Source of the DNA: Cenococcum geophilum
Lineage: Eukaryota
Length of the DNA stretch: 64,000 bases
NCBI GenBank assembly: GCA_050273025.1
Contig: CP158635.1
Coordinates: forward strand, 20,708,001 to 20,772,000
Direction: 5' to 3'
Part shown: in pieces, positions 28,745 to 43,163 of the stretch
Numbering within the stretch: position 1 is the first letter of the stretch
How the letters are laid out: each line of letters starts with the position of its first letter
Program-made: the position numbers and the translations under genes
The notes under the pieces: generated by a model
Seen by the model: the letters and a program-made list of their open reading frames with translations, nothing else
The model's database searches: none
Told to the model about the DNA's origin: nothing

Positions 28745-31700
28745 TACTACTATAGTTATACCACACATGCTATATACAGCCTCCTACTAGTATATACCGA
28801 AAGGAGGACGCGGGTTTATTAAAAGAGCTAAATAAGTCTACTTGGTGCTTATAAGGATCTAATATAGAGCGCTCTACCTTATAATAGGAGTGTTTTAGCC
28901 ACAGCCAGAGCTAAACTAAAGGTTAATATACACATCCTACCTATTAAAGTCGCGCTCTACTACACAGTGGAATCTTCCCTAAATTAAATTAGGGGCTCAC
29001 CACTATATAATAAAATCCTATAACTAAGAAGATCTGCCCCAACTAAATATAAATAGTATAGCCTACTCCAGAAGCTAAAAAGTAGTATTAGGCCACGCCT
29101 TTTAGAGGGAATACTACCTATAGAGGAGATCCGCCTAGAGAGGCTCTGCCTATAGGTCGCACCACTATATACCTATATTACTAGGGATAAAAAACAGTAA
29201 GGTAGGAGTATAACTAGATTATATAGGAAGCTAAGGACAACCTAAGACACTTCCTAGCGTACACTAATAGAAGCGAAATTAATAGGGAGGTTAGAGCGTT
29301 AGCATATATACCTTAATTAGGAATAAAGGCAACCAACTATATAGGGATAAACTAAGTTAGTAGTATATACGTAGGAGAGCTAAGAGGCCTCTAACTGGCC
29401 CTAGACTTAGCACTAAAATATTCACTACTAATTAGAAAACTTATAATATTTACGGATAGCTAAGCGGCAATTTAAGTAGTGGTAAAGCCTCGGAACTAAT
29501 TAGGATAGTATTTAGTACATAAAATAAGGTAAAGGCTTTTAGTAGTACAGATAATAAGTATAAAAGTTATAATATACTAGATCCCTTTATACGCGGAGAT
29601 TAAAGGAAATAAATAAGCAGATATCTTGGTAAAGTAAGTAATAGGATAAAGAAAGGAAGGGATAGAACAAAAGGCCCTTACCTTCCCCTCCCTATAAAGC
29701 CTATTAGCGGTAGTAAAAAGAACTATAAAGGCCCAAATAGAGGCACACTAGGAGAAGGAATGGGAAAATAGTAAAACTAGAAGGGAGCTATATAAACTAG
29801 TACTAAAGATCTTAAAGCAAAGACTTAAGATATATAACGACCTACCAAAGGCGCTCTTGGCTATACTTACCCAGATCTAAACAGGAAAGGCAGCTCTAAG
29901 AAGCTACCTCTACAGGATTAAACGTGCGCCCGACTTAAGGTGTATATACGGGGATAAATAGACTGGACAATACGTCCTAGTCAAATATCCTAATTTTAAA
30001 GAACTAAGGAAAGAAATATGGCCGCATAATAGCTAACCTTAAAGCATTTAGAAGATCTTAAACGAGATATAGTTAGTAAAGAAGGCAGCAATCTATATAG
30101 TATAAATAGGCCTCCTAGGGCAGTTTATGGAGGCCAGGAACAGACTAGAAGTGACTACTTAAGTTTCTCTTAACGGCAGACACGTTACGTATGATATTGG
30201 CGGAAGACGGATAGCATTACGGTAAGAAAAAAGGCCCGTAAAAAAGGCCCGGCTTCGACATGCAGTACAGAACGGAGGTATTTCGTGTATTCACTACTTT
30301 TTAATTATTTGATTTCGATCATCTTTTGATTTCAATCATCTCCTTTATATAGGAACTTACCCTGCTTGTATATGTCTTTATAATTGCATTACGACGGCGT
30401 TCTTTTCTAGTTCCCTTACATTATAGACGTTTACTTCTCTTTTAGGCACTATATACTTATAGTACGTAGTAGATAGGCAGACGAGGGCCTTACGGAATTA
30501 CTGCTGCAGGTAAGACGGGTGATTACCTAAGACCTACCTCTGTAAAATAGAAGACCCGGCATGGCGCCCTTAAGGCAGCTAAAACGGTGTATGATTTCAA
30601 AAAAAAAACCCCCCCTCTCGCGAAGCAAAAACCACTATATAAAATGTTATACAGGATGTCTCTTCCAGTGTTAAGCTATCGATTCGCAAGGCCTCGGGCG
30701 CCCATAGAGCACCCAGATCTACCATTAGACACCGTCTTGCTGGCCGTCTCCCACGATATAAAGCCTACCCTAGTTTATTGCATCCTTTATAAGAAGAGCA
30801 AATCATTAAATAGATCAACAAATGCCAATCCTAGGGACTTCCGTTAAAGGTTAATATGCTCTTAGAAATAGCTTATTCCCTTTTAGGAAAAGGCCAAACT
30901 ATAGGCAAGTATTAGGGGCAGAGATTTATTTAACGCCACGGTCTTAGTATTATATTAAGTTATTAGCTTAACTACTAGAGAGCTTGGAATAATAATTTAG
31001 TAGTTATACGTAATTGGTTTAGGTTCTTCCGTGCCGTTTGTAAGTAATATTAAGTTAAGCATTTAAAATTTATTAGCAACTTTGACGAGAAGGGGGTAAT
31101 GCTAGGCCTTACAGCGGTGGCCTGGGTAATTATATTAGGCAAGACATATAGGGAGAGGTTAAAAATTGAATAGTTATTGTCGACCTAAATCGGAGTTCCT
31201 TACTACCATTATAATACTGTCTAACGACCTAGATCGTCTATACGAACTATATCTTAGTTGTCTCTCAACTTATAACTAAATGTCTTATTAAATATCTCAT
31301 TACCTATTTTCTATTACCTATTTTAACTTAGTTGTCTAGACCTACCTAATGTATATAAAGAGCTTCTAGAGCCCTTATTAATAGACAGAGTTCTTATTCC
31401 TAATTATCCGTTTAATAATTATATACCCGGGCTGTCTACTATATTATCTTAATTATAGATAACCACCCACAATAACTTCTTAATAAGAAACCCCTCCCGT
31501 TATTATATTATCCGTTATCCTTATAAACCTAAATAATTAGAACAAATGGATTAAGGTTATTAAGTTAAAAGCGAATAACAATTATCTTTAGAAGTATGTC
31601 GACTTATTAACACCTAAGGCCGATCTGCTATAGCTTAAAGAACCTATTTAAGCCTTACCTAAGGATACCAATATCTGGGGGAAGATAAAGCTCGTGGACC

Positions 31701-32790
31701 TAGATAAGGAGGAAAAGAAGGAGCTCTATACGCTTAAAGCCGACTATAGGGACAATATAAAGCTATATAGAAAATAGCTGTTAGCTCTTAATATATTGCG
31801 TAGCCATATTATAAGCTCCATCTTACATACCTACCTTATCTATATATTTAAATGCACTACTACCTATAATGTCTTAATGACTCTTAAGCAGAGAATTGCT
31901 CCAACTAATAGCGCTTAAAAGCTTTAACTAGCTACCTAGTATATAAGGCTTAAGAAAGCGCCTTAGAACTAGGACTTTATAGTCTAGTTATAGGAGTAGG
32001 AGACGGTATATACTAAGTATAAGGAGCTAAATCTATCTAAGGTAAACGGTAATTATTTAGTAAAAGACTTTATATATATAGTTAATTCTATTATACCAAG
32101 CTAGTTAGAATATTAGAAGAATTAGCTTAAAAGGCTTAAGTAGAAAAAGAAGACGCTTCCTACCCTCTTTAAACTAGTTAAAATATACCGAAACCACCGT
32201 TATACGGAGCTTGCCTAGAAGGGCAAAATATTATAAAGATCCTTTAGAGTGACCTTTAAGGACAAGTCGCCGAATTTAAAGCCTAAATTAAAGCCTTAAT
32301 TGTTAGTAGATAAATAGAAAAAGGAAAGGCGACCGCCGCTAGAGTACTTATACGGAAAATATTACTACTTTAATAAGTGCTAGTACATTATAGAGTCGAT
32401 TCCTTACCCATCTTAGCTTATACTAAGTAATAAAATTTAGAAGAAGATAGATAAGAAGACCGCTAATATAACGCCCGAAATTAAGGCTTATATTAAGTAA
32501 ATTAAAAAGGATAATTAAGCTAATAAAAAGGACGATTAAGCTAATAAAAAGCTAAAGAATAGTAACTAGTAGAGCTCTTAAGAGCCCTATAGAAACATTA
32601 TAGTTTATTATATAGGACCCTATAATACCGCTTCCAATTACAGGCTTTATAATAGTGTAATTCTTAACTTAAGAACTAGCCTATACGTCTTTAACGATAA
32701 AGCTAGATTTATTAGTGATATTAAGCCCACGTTAGAACGTGTCTATATAGGCTTATATATAGAAGAAATCGTAGGCTATAGGACAGCTAT

Positions 32791-35700
32791 TATTGGTTAC
32801 ACAAGGGGATATCACGTAGCTACGGTTCGTAGATAGTATAATAATTGTTCTTCTTAATTATTTCTTAAAGAAAGGGGTGAGGAACTTAAGGTTCCTTACC
32901 ACGCTAGTGCCGCGGCGGCACGTGACGGCAACTTGCCGCACGTAACGGCAACTTACCACATATGGTGGCAATATACCTCATATAGTAACCACTTGCCTTT
33001 ATTCCCAACACTAGCAACTCTTCTTTTATAGTTGCTATCTATATATATATACCGCTTAACTAGCGTAATAAATATTAATCCTTTTTACTTACTATTGCTA
33101 TTGTAATATAAGTCTCGCTATCCTAAAATTTGCCTCTTAGCACGTGGTGCTTTCTTACTTAGAAGTTATAGGTAGATATTATATTCGGAGGGCCGCCAAG
33201 GCGCTAGTAGTAAGCGAGCCAATAGCGATTTTCTATCCCGGGAATGGAAAATCCTAATTAGCTAGGTTAAGTTAGGGTCTATAAAATGTCATACTCCCCC
33301 CTTTAAAAAAGTCTTGGTAAGAGAATCTAACTAATTAGATAACTTTAACCGCCGGTTAAAGTTCCTAGACATCTTAAGACCTTACGTAACTAAGAAATTT
33401 TTAGGGACTCCCTTTTAACCTAACCTTTAACTCGTATATATAGAGTATTTGTATTAATAAACGTCTCTAGTGCCTTATTTAGGTTCGCCTTTATTATCGC
33501 ATCTACCGGGTTATCTTGGCCATTAATTTATTAAATCTTAAAGAGTTCTTAACGCTTATAGGATTGCCAAAGTGCCATAATATTAATTATAAGGCGCTTC
33601 TCTTTCGTAGTACTAAGCTTAACAAAATACTCGTAGAGGGAATATAAGTTAGTATACACGATTATAGGGATAATAGGAAGTTTGAGTTAATCTATAATTA
33701 TCTTTAGGGTAGTTCCAATTATAATTGCTATATTAACTCCGCTAACTATTCCATATATCTCTAACGCTAAAACACTTTAGGTAACGTGCTTGCTCTTAGT
33801 TAAGCTCTAATAGATAAGATTACTATAAATTATAAAGTTATTCTCTCTAGTAAATTTATTCGCGATAATAATCTTATATCCTAACTAGGAGCTAAAATCT
33901 TTATTATTTATAAACGATCTATTAATAAATACAAAGAGCTTAGCGGTAGGAAGATTAATAGGTACGTAGAGTAGTCCCCAATTAAGGTAGTTTATTTACT
34001 AGAAAAGACGTTTATTTAGGGCAAGAACGTTATTCTTAGTTAGTTCCTAGTGTTAGGTAGTAATAAAGAGATTAAATAAAGCCTTAGGTTAATAGATAGA
34101 AGTAATATAAGCTCCACGAGCGCGTTGCTTTACGTATCCTTACTTTAGGGAATTAATATTAATAACGTCGATCTTCTTACCTTAACCCTTCTGGCGTAAA
34201 GTAATAGAATCCTTATTTAGGGAGAGGATGCATCTATTAAAGAGTAATAGTGTTATTAAATTAAGCTTTTCTTTTAGCTTTACTATAAGATTTACCTTTA
34301 CTAGCTTATCTTCTTTAAGAGCTAAGAATTGGTTGTCCCCTAAGATAATTATATTATTAGTTTATATGCCAATAATTCCGAATAGAGTTCTTGTAGTTAT
34401 AATAAGGAAGTAGGGATTAAATATAAAAGTAGTTATTAAAAGCTTCTCTTTATAGTGCTTACTATAGGTAGCCCACTAGTGAGTTCCTACCTCTACAATT
34501 CTATATAATGGCTTAAGCACAACTATAATCGTATCTTTAGGATACTAGTAGCGAATTTGCTCCGGAAGGTATACCAATATTAAGCGCTAAAGGTGCGTCT
34601 CTAATTAGGTGTAGGCTTAAGTGATATTTTATAAATAAACCGCCATTCTATTCTTTATTAAGGAGGGAGCTAGCGCAATAATAACTTGCTAACTAGCTCG
34701 TTAAATTATAGGAGATTGCATAAGAATTACCTCCTTACCATTATTATTATAACCTTAGATAATAAGCCTTAATTTCTTAAATAGGGCGTTAGTAGCTTTG
34801 CCTTTAATCTTATTAACCATTTTTAACTTAAAGATGCGAACTTTATCGAACTTAGTAGGGTTATACTTCTTAAATTTAAAGACTCCTCTTGTAATAAGAC
34901 CGTTAATCTCCTGCTTATTAGATGCTTGGAAAGGAGCTCCTAGGGTTATAATACCACCTTCCTTTTAGAGCTATTTTGCGAGCTTAAAGTTAGCCTTCTC
35001 TTTAGCTGTTATAAAGGCCATTAATAACTTAACTCTATTCTTAATGGCGGTAATAAATTATTCTTTAAAATTAATAAGATGTTAGCGATTTTGTAATCCC
35101 TTTAGGTAACCTCTACCGCGTCGTGGTTGTGGCGTATCTACTACAATTATATTGGGATTATAGTCGTCTTCTAAAGCACGTTAATTGTGGTTCTCTTCTA
35201 AGGCATCTTTTAGGGCATCCTATAAAGGCTTAGAATTGTTATCTTTATAGTAAGGCTTAATAATAGTTAAATAGAATTAAGTGGGTCCGTAAGGCATCTA
35301 AATAGTATAAGTTTAACTATTAATTATAATAAGTTAATATAGGCCTAACCATCCTTCCTTTTTACGCTATACGCGTACTTTAGACTAGAGTAGCAGATTA
35401 AGCGTAGTTAAGGTATTTAGGCCATTTCTTATTCCTAGTGCGTTATTAACCTAGCGTATAGCGTAAAGATATCGCACCTCCTTTATTGCCTTGCGAATAG
35501 CCTTAGCTTATTATACAACGAAGGGAGATAGTAGAGAATCGTTAGTCATTTAAGGGTAGGCGCTAAAGACTAGTAATATAGGTACGAGTTTATCTAGGCC
35601 AGCGGAATCGTTAATAGCTTTAACAGCTATTTATAAGGTAAGTTCTTTACTAGCGTCCTTTAGTTTTAAAGAGATAATCTTATATACGCGGCGTAATGGC

Positions 35701-38700
35701 GTATAATATCGCTCCACTTTTCTAATACTATTATACGCCTTAATAGGGACTTCCTTAACCTTAATTGCCATTGCCTTTATCTATTGTCGGAACTCTATAG
35801 ATAAGAAGTTCTTTTCTATATTATAGACAATTTAATTAGGGGGTTCTAGGTAGATATTAATCTAGTATAATTAAAGGGTATCCTATATATTCCTAGCTGA
35901 TATATCCTTTAAAAATCGTGCGGCTTAGAAAGAGGTTAAGAAGTTAATAACTTGGAGTACTGGCTTGCTGCTAAGATATATAACGTTGACGATAATATAA
36001 AAGTTAAAGTCGTAGTTATTTTTAAGGGTAAACTTAAATCGGCCAGGGGACTTCTGGTTTATTTAGTAGTAATAGTAGTACTTTATAAGATGCTTAATTG
36101 CCTTAACCTTAACTTTATAGCCTACTTGCTAAAGAACCCTAAGTAATTAATGAATGGATAGGTGGCCAAAACAACGGTGTAGTTGGCATAATTCCGACTT
36201 AGTTAAGTGGCTCTAAGTAATACTCTTTTCTAGTTAATAAAGGAGCAACTAGGGGTAACCCTACTTACGCATAATAGGCACCCAATTGTCTCTCTAAATA
36301 AGTATATTCTTAAGGTTATTAAGCCTAATGCTTAATTTATTTATATCTTTAATGTAAAATAGAAACGGAGTGTTTATAGGAATAATATGGAAAGTGATAT
36401 ATCCTAAGGGGGTTTGGACCCTAATTGTACTAAGAGAGATCGTAGTACCCTTGCTAAAACGAATCGTATATTGGCCTGCCGTTAAATAGTTAATCTAAAC
36501 AGAGTTATTAAGCTGCTAAAGAGCTCGAACTTAAGGTTCTCCTACTATAGATACTCCTGCGGCTCTAGTATCTGGCATAATACTATAGAAGACATTCGCC
36601 GAGTATTTGTCGTTAAAGGAGAACACGAAGCTCTCCTTTAGCTTATTAAAGATATCTAACTTTGTAATAGAATGGAGCGTAGATTAGTTATTAAGAATAG
36701 TAACGGTTTATATGCCATCTACCTTACTATACTTAGTGAAGTATTGGTTAGGAGAGTAGTTCTTAATTTCTATATCTATAAGGAGCTGTTCGGTCTTATT
36801 AACCTTACCCTTAAGATCTTCTACGCCTTTATATTAAACTAGGAAGCTTTAGAAGTAGGCCGCAGTAACCTTATAATTTTTAACGTTTCTTATACTTTAA
36901 CGGAACTTATTATATACCTCTTTTCGCTTATTAAGGGAGTGTCTAGTTAACTAGTAATTTGGCTTCTTATAAACGTAGTACTTCTTTTAGTAATTACTTT
37001 AAAATGAACCTCTACAAGGACCTCTATAATTACCTCATAGTCGACGTTAATTGTACCCTTTACTATATTCCCTACCACGGCCACTATATATTTAATTAGT
37101 CTAGTTATAATTATATTGGTTAGGAACGCTTAGTTAGGTAGGGCTTTCGGTATAAAGCTGTTAAGATTCTTATATTTGCATCGCAGTACCTACGGTATCC
37201 GCCCCACGGACTATTCGCTTACGCTCATAGTCCTACGCAGCTCAACGGAACACCGAGCTCAACGGAACACGAGCCCCACCACATGATTTTAAAGCCGTAG
37301 ATTTCTACGTAGGCTACATATATACAGAAATCCTTAGTGGAGCACCTTAAGCAATAGCCTAGCTACAATCCTGCTAAATATTACGAGTCTAAGGCCTCTG
37401 CACGTTGTGTAGCGTCCTCCTTTACCTGCTTTTTTACCGTATGTACAGCCACCCTACCTACCTTCTCTGCTTCCTTTTGAACTTATTATAATACTTTAAG
37501 CCGTCCATCTACTGCAGATATTAAGCCTCCCTTTTAAATAACCCGTTAATTAGTCCTTTAACGCTTTGCGCGGGCGTGTACTACTACCTATATTAAATAT
37601 AGGTCCCCCTCTACTAATAAGTAAAGCACGGTATTCTTCCTAGCGCTCTTGTAAAGTATTAATAAAGGGTTCCTTACCCTATTAGGCTGCTTAATAATAA
37701 AGCTGCGAACCCGGTTTATCGTTATCTACAAGCTGCGCGGTATATTAGGTTTGTGGCACTACAGGTTATAGCCGCGGTAGTTATAGTATTGTCAGTAGTG
37801 GCGTAGATAGACACACTACAGCTATTTAACGTCGCAATCTAGTTAATATAACCTTAGAATTACATAAAATAAGGCTAGTCTTTGCCCATCCTAATAGGAT
37901 AGATAAGGATTTAAATGTAGTTGTATTTTGTTTAAGAAATCTCTTAGTCCAGTCGCGTCTAAGAGTAGGTGGTTCGGTGCCGTTAGGCGCATAGAGCTTA
38001 AGGATACGCTGCGCGCAATTATAGACTTAGTGGAACAGCGCGCCGACTCTAAGGCGGTCCATTTAATCGATATAGGATAGGAGCATAGCCTCCTAGTGTT
38101 AATTAAGCATCTTATTACTACTAGGCCTCTGCATCTTACTCTTAATACTATTAACGCGGTTATAGACATGTTTAAACGGCGCATTATATAGGTGGGCTGC
38201 CAATTAAATATTGGGTGTTTTTATGCGTAATAACTCACGAAGTGCATCTTGCACGCGTATCCCAATAATTTCGGATTCTGTAGGCATGGTTGTGGTGATT
38301 TAATTGTATAAGGAAATAGGTAAGGCTTAATCTTGGGTACACGTTCCGTTGAGCTCGGTGTTCCGTTGAGCTGCGTAGGACTATGAGCGTAAGCGAATAG
38401 TCCGTGGGGCGGATAAAGCGTAGCTTGGTATATACTCCTTTAAACGTGTCTATAGGTTTATATAGCGCTAAGTTATACTTAGAAATGCTATAGCATGCTA
38501 AGATAACCTAGTCCCTTAGGCTATTCTTATTTTAGTAAGTTTTAGTAAATCCGCGTTAGATTTTTTTAGAGTTTATTAAAGAGTAGTTAAAGGCACTCTA
38601 AATAAGTCTTTATTAGGTTAGAAGTAATAACTCTCTAGAATATAGTCTCTCGCCATTTAGATATATAAAGTTAGCAATTCTTATTAGTCTTAAAGTGGGC

Positions 38701-40120
38701 TCTGGTAAGCTAAAGCATTATATTAAAGCTATAGTTTTTACCTATAATATAGTTGTAATAGAATATTGCTACCCATCCCTTTAACATAATGGAGAAAGCG
38801 TAGTAGTACTAGTGGTATTAAATTCTAACCTTGTTGCAACAGTTATAGAAGACCTATAGTTTTGCTCTAAGTATGTTATATAATTCTCCTTTAAACTTCT
38901 TCTCTTTATCCAAATATACCTTTATTAGATTCGTAACTTCTTATAGTAAAGGGTTACCGGTTAGCTAGAGTAGAGAAGCTAGAGGTAGTAGAGGTAGAGG
39001 ACAAGTACCTCTAGGTGGGAGAGTACCTCTAGGTAGGAGAGTAGCGTTCTAGGGGTTTTATTCTAAATTAAAGTTGCCTTTTAAAGAATATAGGTTAATT
39101 TTAGGTTTCTATAGTTAACGTATAATCTTAGCTTCCGTCTATACTAGTTCTTCTATACTAGTAATAACGGTCTAAATATTACTAGCAATTAGGTTACTAT
39201 TTTTAGCAACGTATACCCCGTTCCTATAGAGGAAGTCTTAAAAATCCTAAACAATATTAATATTGCTAAGTGCCTAGGTATTAGTGGTCCATCCTATAAA
39301 ATCCTCCCTAAAATATTCCTACAGCTGTATATCGGCGTAGTGTCTACTTTAGTAAAATATAATATGGTGTAGAAGAAAGCTATTAACTTATTTTACGGTA
39401 TAAGTTGTTATATTAAAGGTAAATTCGTCCCAATTTTTATTAATAAGTTTCGCGTATAAAGCTACCCCTAGTAGTAAGGAGTCTTCCTAGTCGTTTAAAG
39501 TAGGCGTAGCCATGTTTTTAGAGGGAGGGAAGTGTTATTAGTGTAGGGATTGTCGTTTGGTATGCGTTTGTAATATATATTTGTCGTTTAGTACGCGTTC
39601 GTGACGTATATTTGCGATTATAGGGCTTAGGACCAGTTCTGGCCTTAAATCGCGAAGACTCGTAAAGCGTATTGTTCTGCGTAATAAACGCAAGAATCCG
39701 TAATCTTAGAAAGGCTTAGGACCAGTTCTGGCCTTTAGATCCTTAGATTTATGGAAGAGTTCTATTTAAGGTTTAGGACTAGTTCTAACCTTAAAAGACA
39801 GCTTCCTTTAGCACGAGTAGTACTGGTACAGTGGCTTATCTCTTCTTAGTGGAATACCTAGCTGCTCTATAGTATAACAGTGAAGTTAACTACTAATTAG
39901 TGTTGGTTATATAAGGGGATATTACGTAGCTACGGTTCGTAGATAGTATGATAATTGTTCTTCTTAATTGTTTCTTAAAGAAAGGGGTGAGGAACTTAAG
40001 GTTCCTCACCACGCTAGTGCCGCGGCGGCACGTGACGGCAACTTGCCGTACGTAACGGCAACTTACCATACGTGGTGGCAATATGCCTTATATAGTGACC
40101 ACTTGCCTTTATTCCCAACA
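32791..40120 (-). mobile_element. Ty1/Copia element (Copia-2), GalEa-like
   Basis: 220-bp LTRs 32791-33010 and 39901-40120; TSD GCTAT; minus-strand integrase HNSIGKVERYHAPLRRAY-like ~35690-35735, DITQAYTQS ~34605, RT GMQTDDT-like ~34350. Clade call is from memory of fungal GalEa motifs. Confidence 0.9.
37198..38413 (-). mobile_element. Internally deleted Fot1/pogo element (1216 bp)
   Basis: Perfect 71-bp TIRs (37198-37268, 38343-38413); TA TSD; minus ORF from ~38288 MPTESEII...psq/CENP-B HTH-like; no DDE core seen. Confidence 0.9.
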
Positions 40121-42857
40121 GCTATAGTTATAATTAACTACCCTAAAGGGAAGAGATAGATATAGCTCTTAGAAGCAGCCTTTATACTAGGCTTCTATAC
40201 TAACTTAGTATGTTTTAATAAACTTAATAATAAGGGGGCCTACTAGAACAATAAAGAGAACCCTTTCTTCTATAGCTATAACGAGACATATACCTACTAT
40301 AGCCGCCACTATAGTTAGAACACGATTAAATATAATAAGCTAAAAAAAGACTTACCAGAGGCTTTATTTGCGACTTAATTAAAGCCAATAAAGCATTTAT
40401 TAAAGCCTCTACTAAATTAGGCAGAAGGCTATATATAGTACTAGCGATTAGGCCATATAGGAAAAAAAGCGATTAAGTAACTACCTTAGTTAGTAACGGG
40501 CGCGATTTTAAAAGGCCTAATAATAGTAGAATATAAATTATATAGAGTAAGTAAAGCTTATAAGGTAATATTTAGAAGACCTTTAACTTGGTTAACGGTT
40601 TCTTTCTATAGAATTTACCTTAATTTAATACCCAGAATAGTCGTATTTAATAGTAATAAGTACGCGGTATACTTCCTTAATAACGTAACGCGAATAAATA
40701 AGGTAGAGATAATGGCTAAAAAGTCGTCCCTTACCTAAATTATTATTAATTATTATAATATTATTAAATAATAATACGGCTTTAAGGTAGCCATTATTTA
40801 TATAGATAAAGAGACGTCTCTTATAGGCGAATTTAAGGAATAGGTAACTAAATAAAAAATTACTCTTAAAAAATAGTACCTAATACTTAATTATAGAACG
40901 GTCCAGCGGAATAATCTAGGGGGGTAATTATATAAAAGGCTTAGTATATAAGAATTAAAGCCCATTTATCAGAGGAGCTATATCCTAAAGTCTATAAAAC
41001 AGCTACCTATTTACTTAATTAAACGCCTAGCAGAGGACTTAGGTAGTAGATACCTTTTAAAAAAATCTAGTTAGCTATAGGTATATTACCACTAAAACTA
41101 AATATAGGCCACCTACGAGTCTATAGCTATAGGGCCTACCCTTTTAAGTATAATATTCTACGCCTAAACAAGTTTGCGCTAAGGGCCTATATAGGATATT
41201 TAGTAGGATATAATTCGGCAAATATATTCCAAATCTATATTTCTAGCTAAAAGAAAGTTATTAGAATAAGAGACATAAAGTTTAATAAGCAGTTACTCTA
41301 TAATAACTTACAGCCAAATCTTATAAATATACTCCGAGTTAAAACTAACTAAATATTGGAAATAATTAATATCCGTTAAATATAGGATCTCTAAGATAAA
41401 TTGGAATCGTTATCTAATAAAAGCAATAAGACTTAAAATAAGATTCGAGTTAACACCAAAGAAAGACAATAGATGGATTCTAGTGGAAATTAGGAAGAGC
41501 CTAATATTAAAAATAGCAAGTAATAAGATTTAAGCTCTAAAGATAACTTAGCTTTAGGGCTTCCTACCCTAAATAAAATACTAGAACCTAACTTACCGGA
41601 GCCTTTACTACTATCCTTAAATACCTCAGCAAAGAAGCCGTACTATATTATAGTTCCAACTAATAAAGCTAAGCTAAAGAAGAAGATTAATGGTAATATA
41701 AGAGAGTAAAATATAGTTGAGGGAAAGAGACTTAAAGGACGATTAAAGATCTATATAGGCTTTCTTGCTAACATTACCAACTAGAGCCTTCTAGCTTAAA
41801 GATTAGCCTTTAATATAGGGCTTACATTTTATAAAAAGCTATACCGCGATTAGCTCCTACCGCCGCCTAGAAATTAGAAGGAGCTTTAAGGACATTAATA
41901 TAAGGAAGAGTTCGCGGCTACTGCTTAGAAAAAGTACATAGACCTTTAAAATTAAGGAACGTTTTAAGTTGTTAATAAGACAATCCATATTAAAACTGTA
42001 CCTATTATTTAGGTATTTACCTATAAAACTAATATTAATATATAAGGTAATCTATAAGAGTTAGTTTATAAGGATACCTATATTGCAAATTTAGCAGGAA
42101 GATCGTTTAGAGCTTTAATAGCAATAGTTGTAGTATTTAACCTAGACTGCTAGCAAGGTAACGCTATTAATGCATTTATAAATAGCGTAATTGATAAGGT
42201 TATATACATTAAATGTCTAGATAGATTTTTAATTAAAGGTAAGTGCCTACTACTTTAGAGAGCGCTCCACGGATTAAGGCGATTACCTCTGCTATAGCAC
42301 GGTAACTTAATAATAATACTAAAAAAGGAAGGCTTAAAGCTAGTAGCGGAGGAGCCTTACCTATATTAAAACGATTAGCTAATAGTCTTCTTCTATATTA
42401 ATAATATTACAGCTGCCTATAGAAAGAAAGACCTACTTATACTCTAAACCTTTAAGGAGCACCTTATAAGAAAGTACAAGATAAAGGACCTAGGTAACCT
42501 TACTTAGTTCTTAAGAATTTAAATTATCTATAACAAAAAGAATAGGAAGCCCTAGCTTAGCTAGGACTCCTATATTAATAAAATTATAATAAGCTTTAAA
42601 GTTAAAGACTATCGCAAGATATATATATTAATGGGCATTAAGGAACTTAAGCCTAATCTAGAGTAAGCCTTTAAGTAGGACACCTATACCTATTAAAGGA
42701 AAGTCGGATCTATACTCTATATAGCTAATATTATTTATTTAAATATAGTAAGAATAGCAAGCAAGCTATTAAAATTCTTATAAAATCTGTTACTAATTTA
42801 CGACGTAGCTACTATAAGGGTAATTACCTACCTTAATTAAACTAAAACTCTTACAAT

Positions 42858-43101
42858 TGTCACGGGACTCACACGTTCTCACGTCTCTACGCGTTTTGAC
42901 ATTCTTAACCCGTGCTCACGTTCGCCCCAAGACACCTACGCACGTTCCTCTACAACCCCTATTTATACCCATACCTAACCTATTCTATTTCTGCATCTAA
43001 ATGTCTTTATATTAACCACGCATAGTTACGCGTACGTAGCCTTCTTTAATTACTACCCCGTTTAGTACATTGTATTCTAGCTTATGCCCACTTCCGTAAT
43101 A
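42858..43101. mobile_element. Solo LTR (244 bp)
   Basis: TGTCACGG..CCGTAATA (RIPed CCGTGACA) termini; TSD ACAAT; no partner in the window. Confidence 0.88.
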
Positions 43102-43163
43102 ACAATTAAGTACTTAAAGGAGAATATAATAAACTAGATCTTTATAAGGGCAAGTAATATATT

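Larger units (their letters stand above)
1..30608 (+). mobile_element. Tad1-like LINE (LINE-1), RIP-inactivated; own segments 1-1300, 22755-25680, 28747-30608
   Basis: ORF1 CCHC knuckles near 970-1130 (RCFKC..GH...C-like); APE endonuclease VGDFNLHHPRWGG at ~23657; RT GYIDD-like at ~25280; RNase H YTDGS-like at ~29260; A10 tail 30599-30608. Segments rejoin across TSD-bounded inserts. 5' TSD is outside the window. Confidence 0.9.

Noticed and set aside
33290..33310. Internal PPT or hidden extra LTR in Copia-2
   Set aside because: No second copy of 33011-33292; more simply the end of pol plus 3' UTR.
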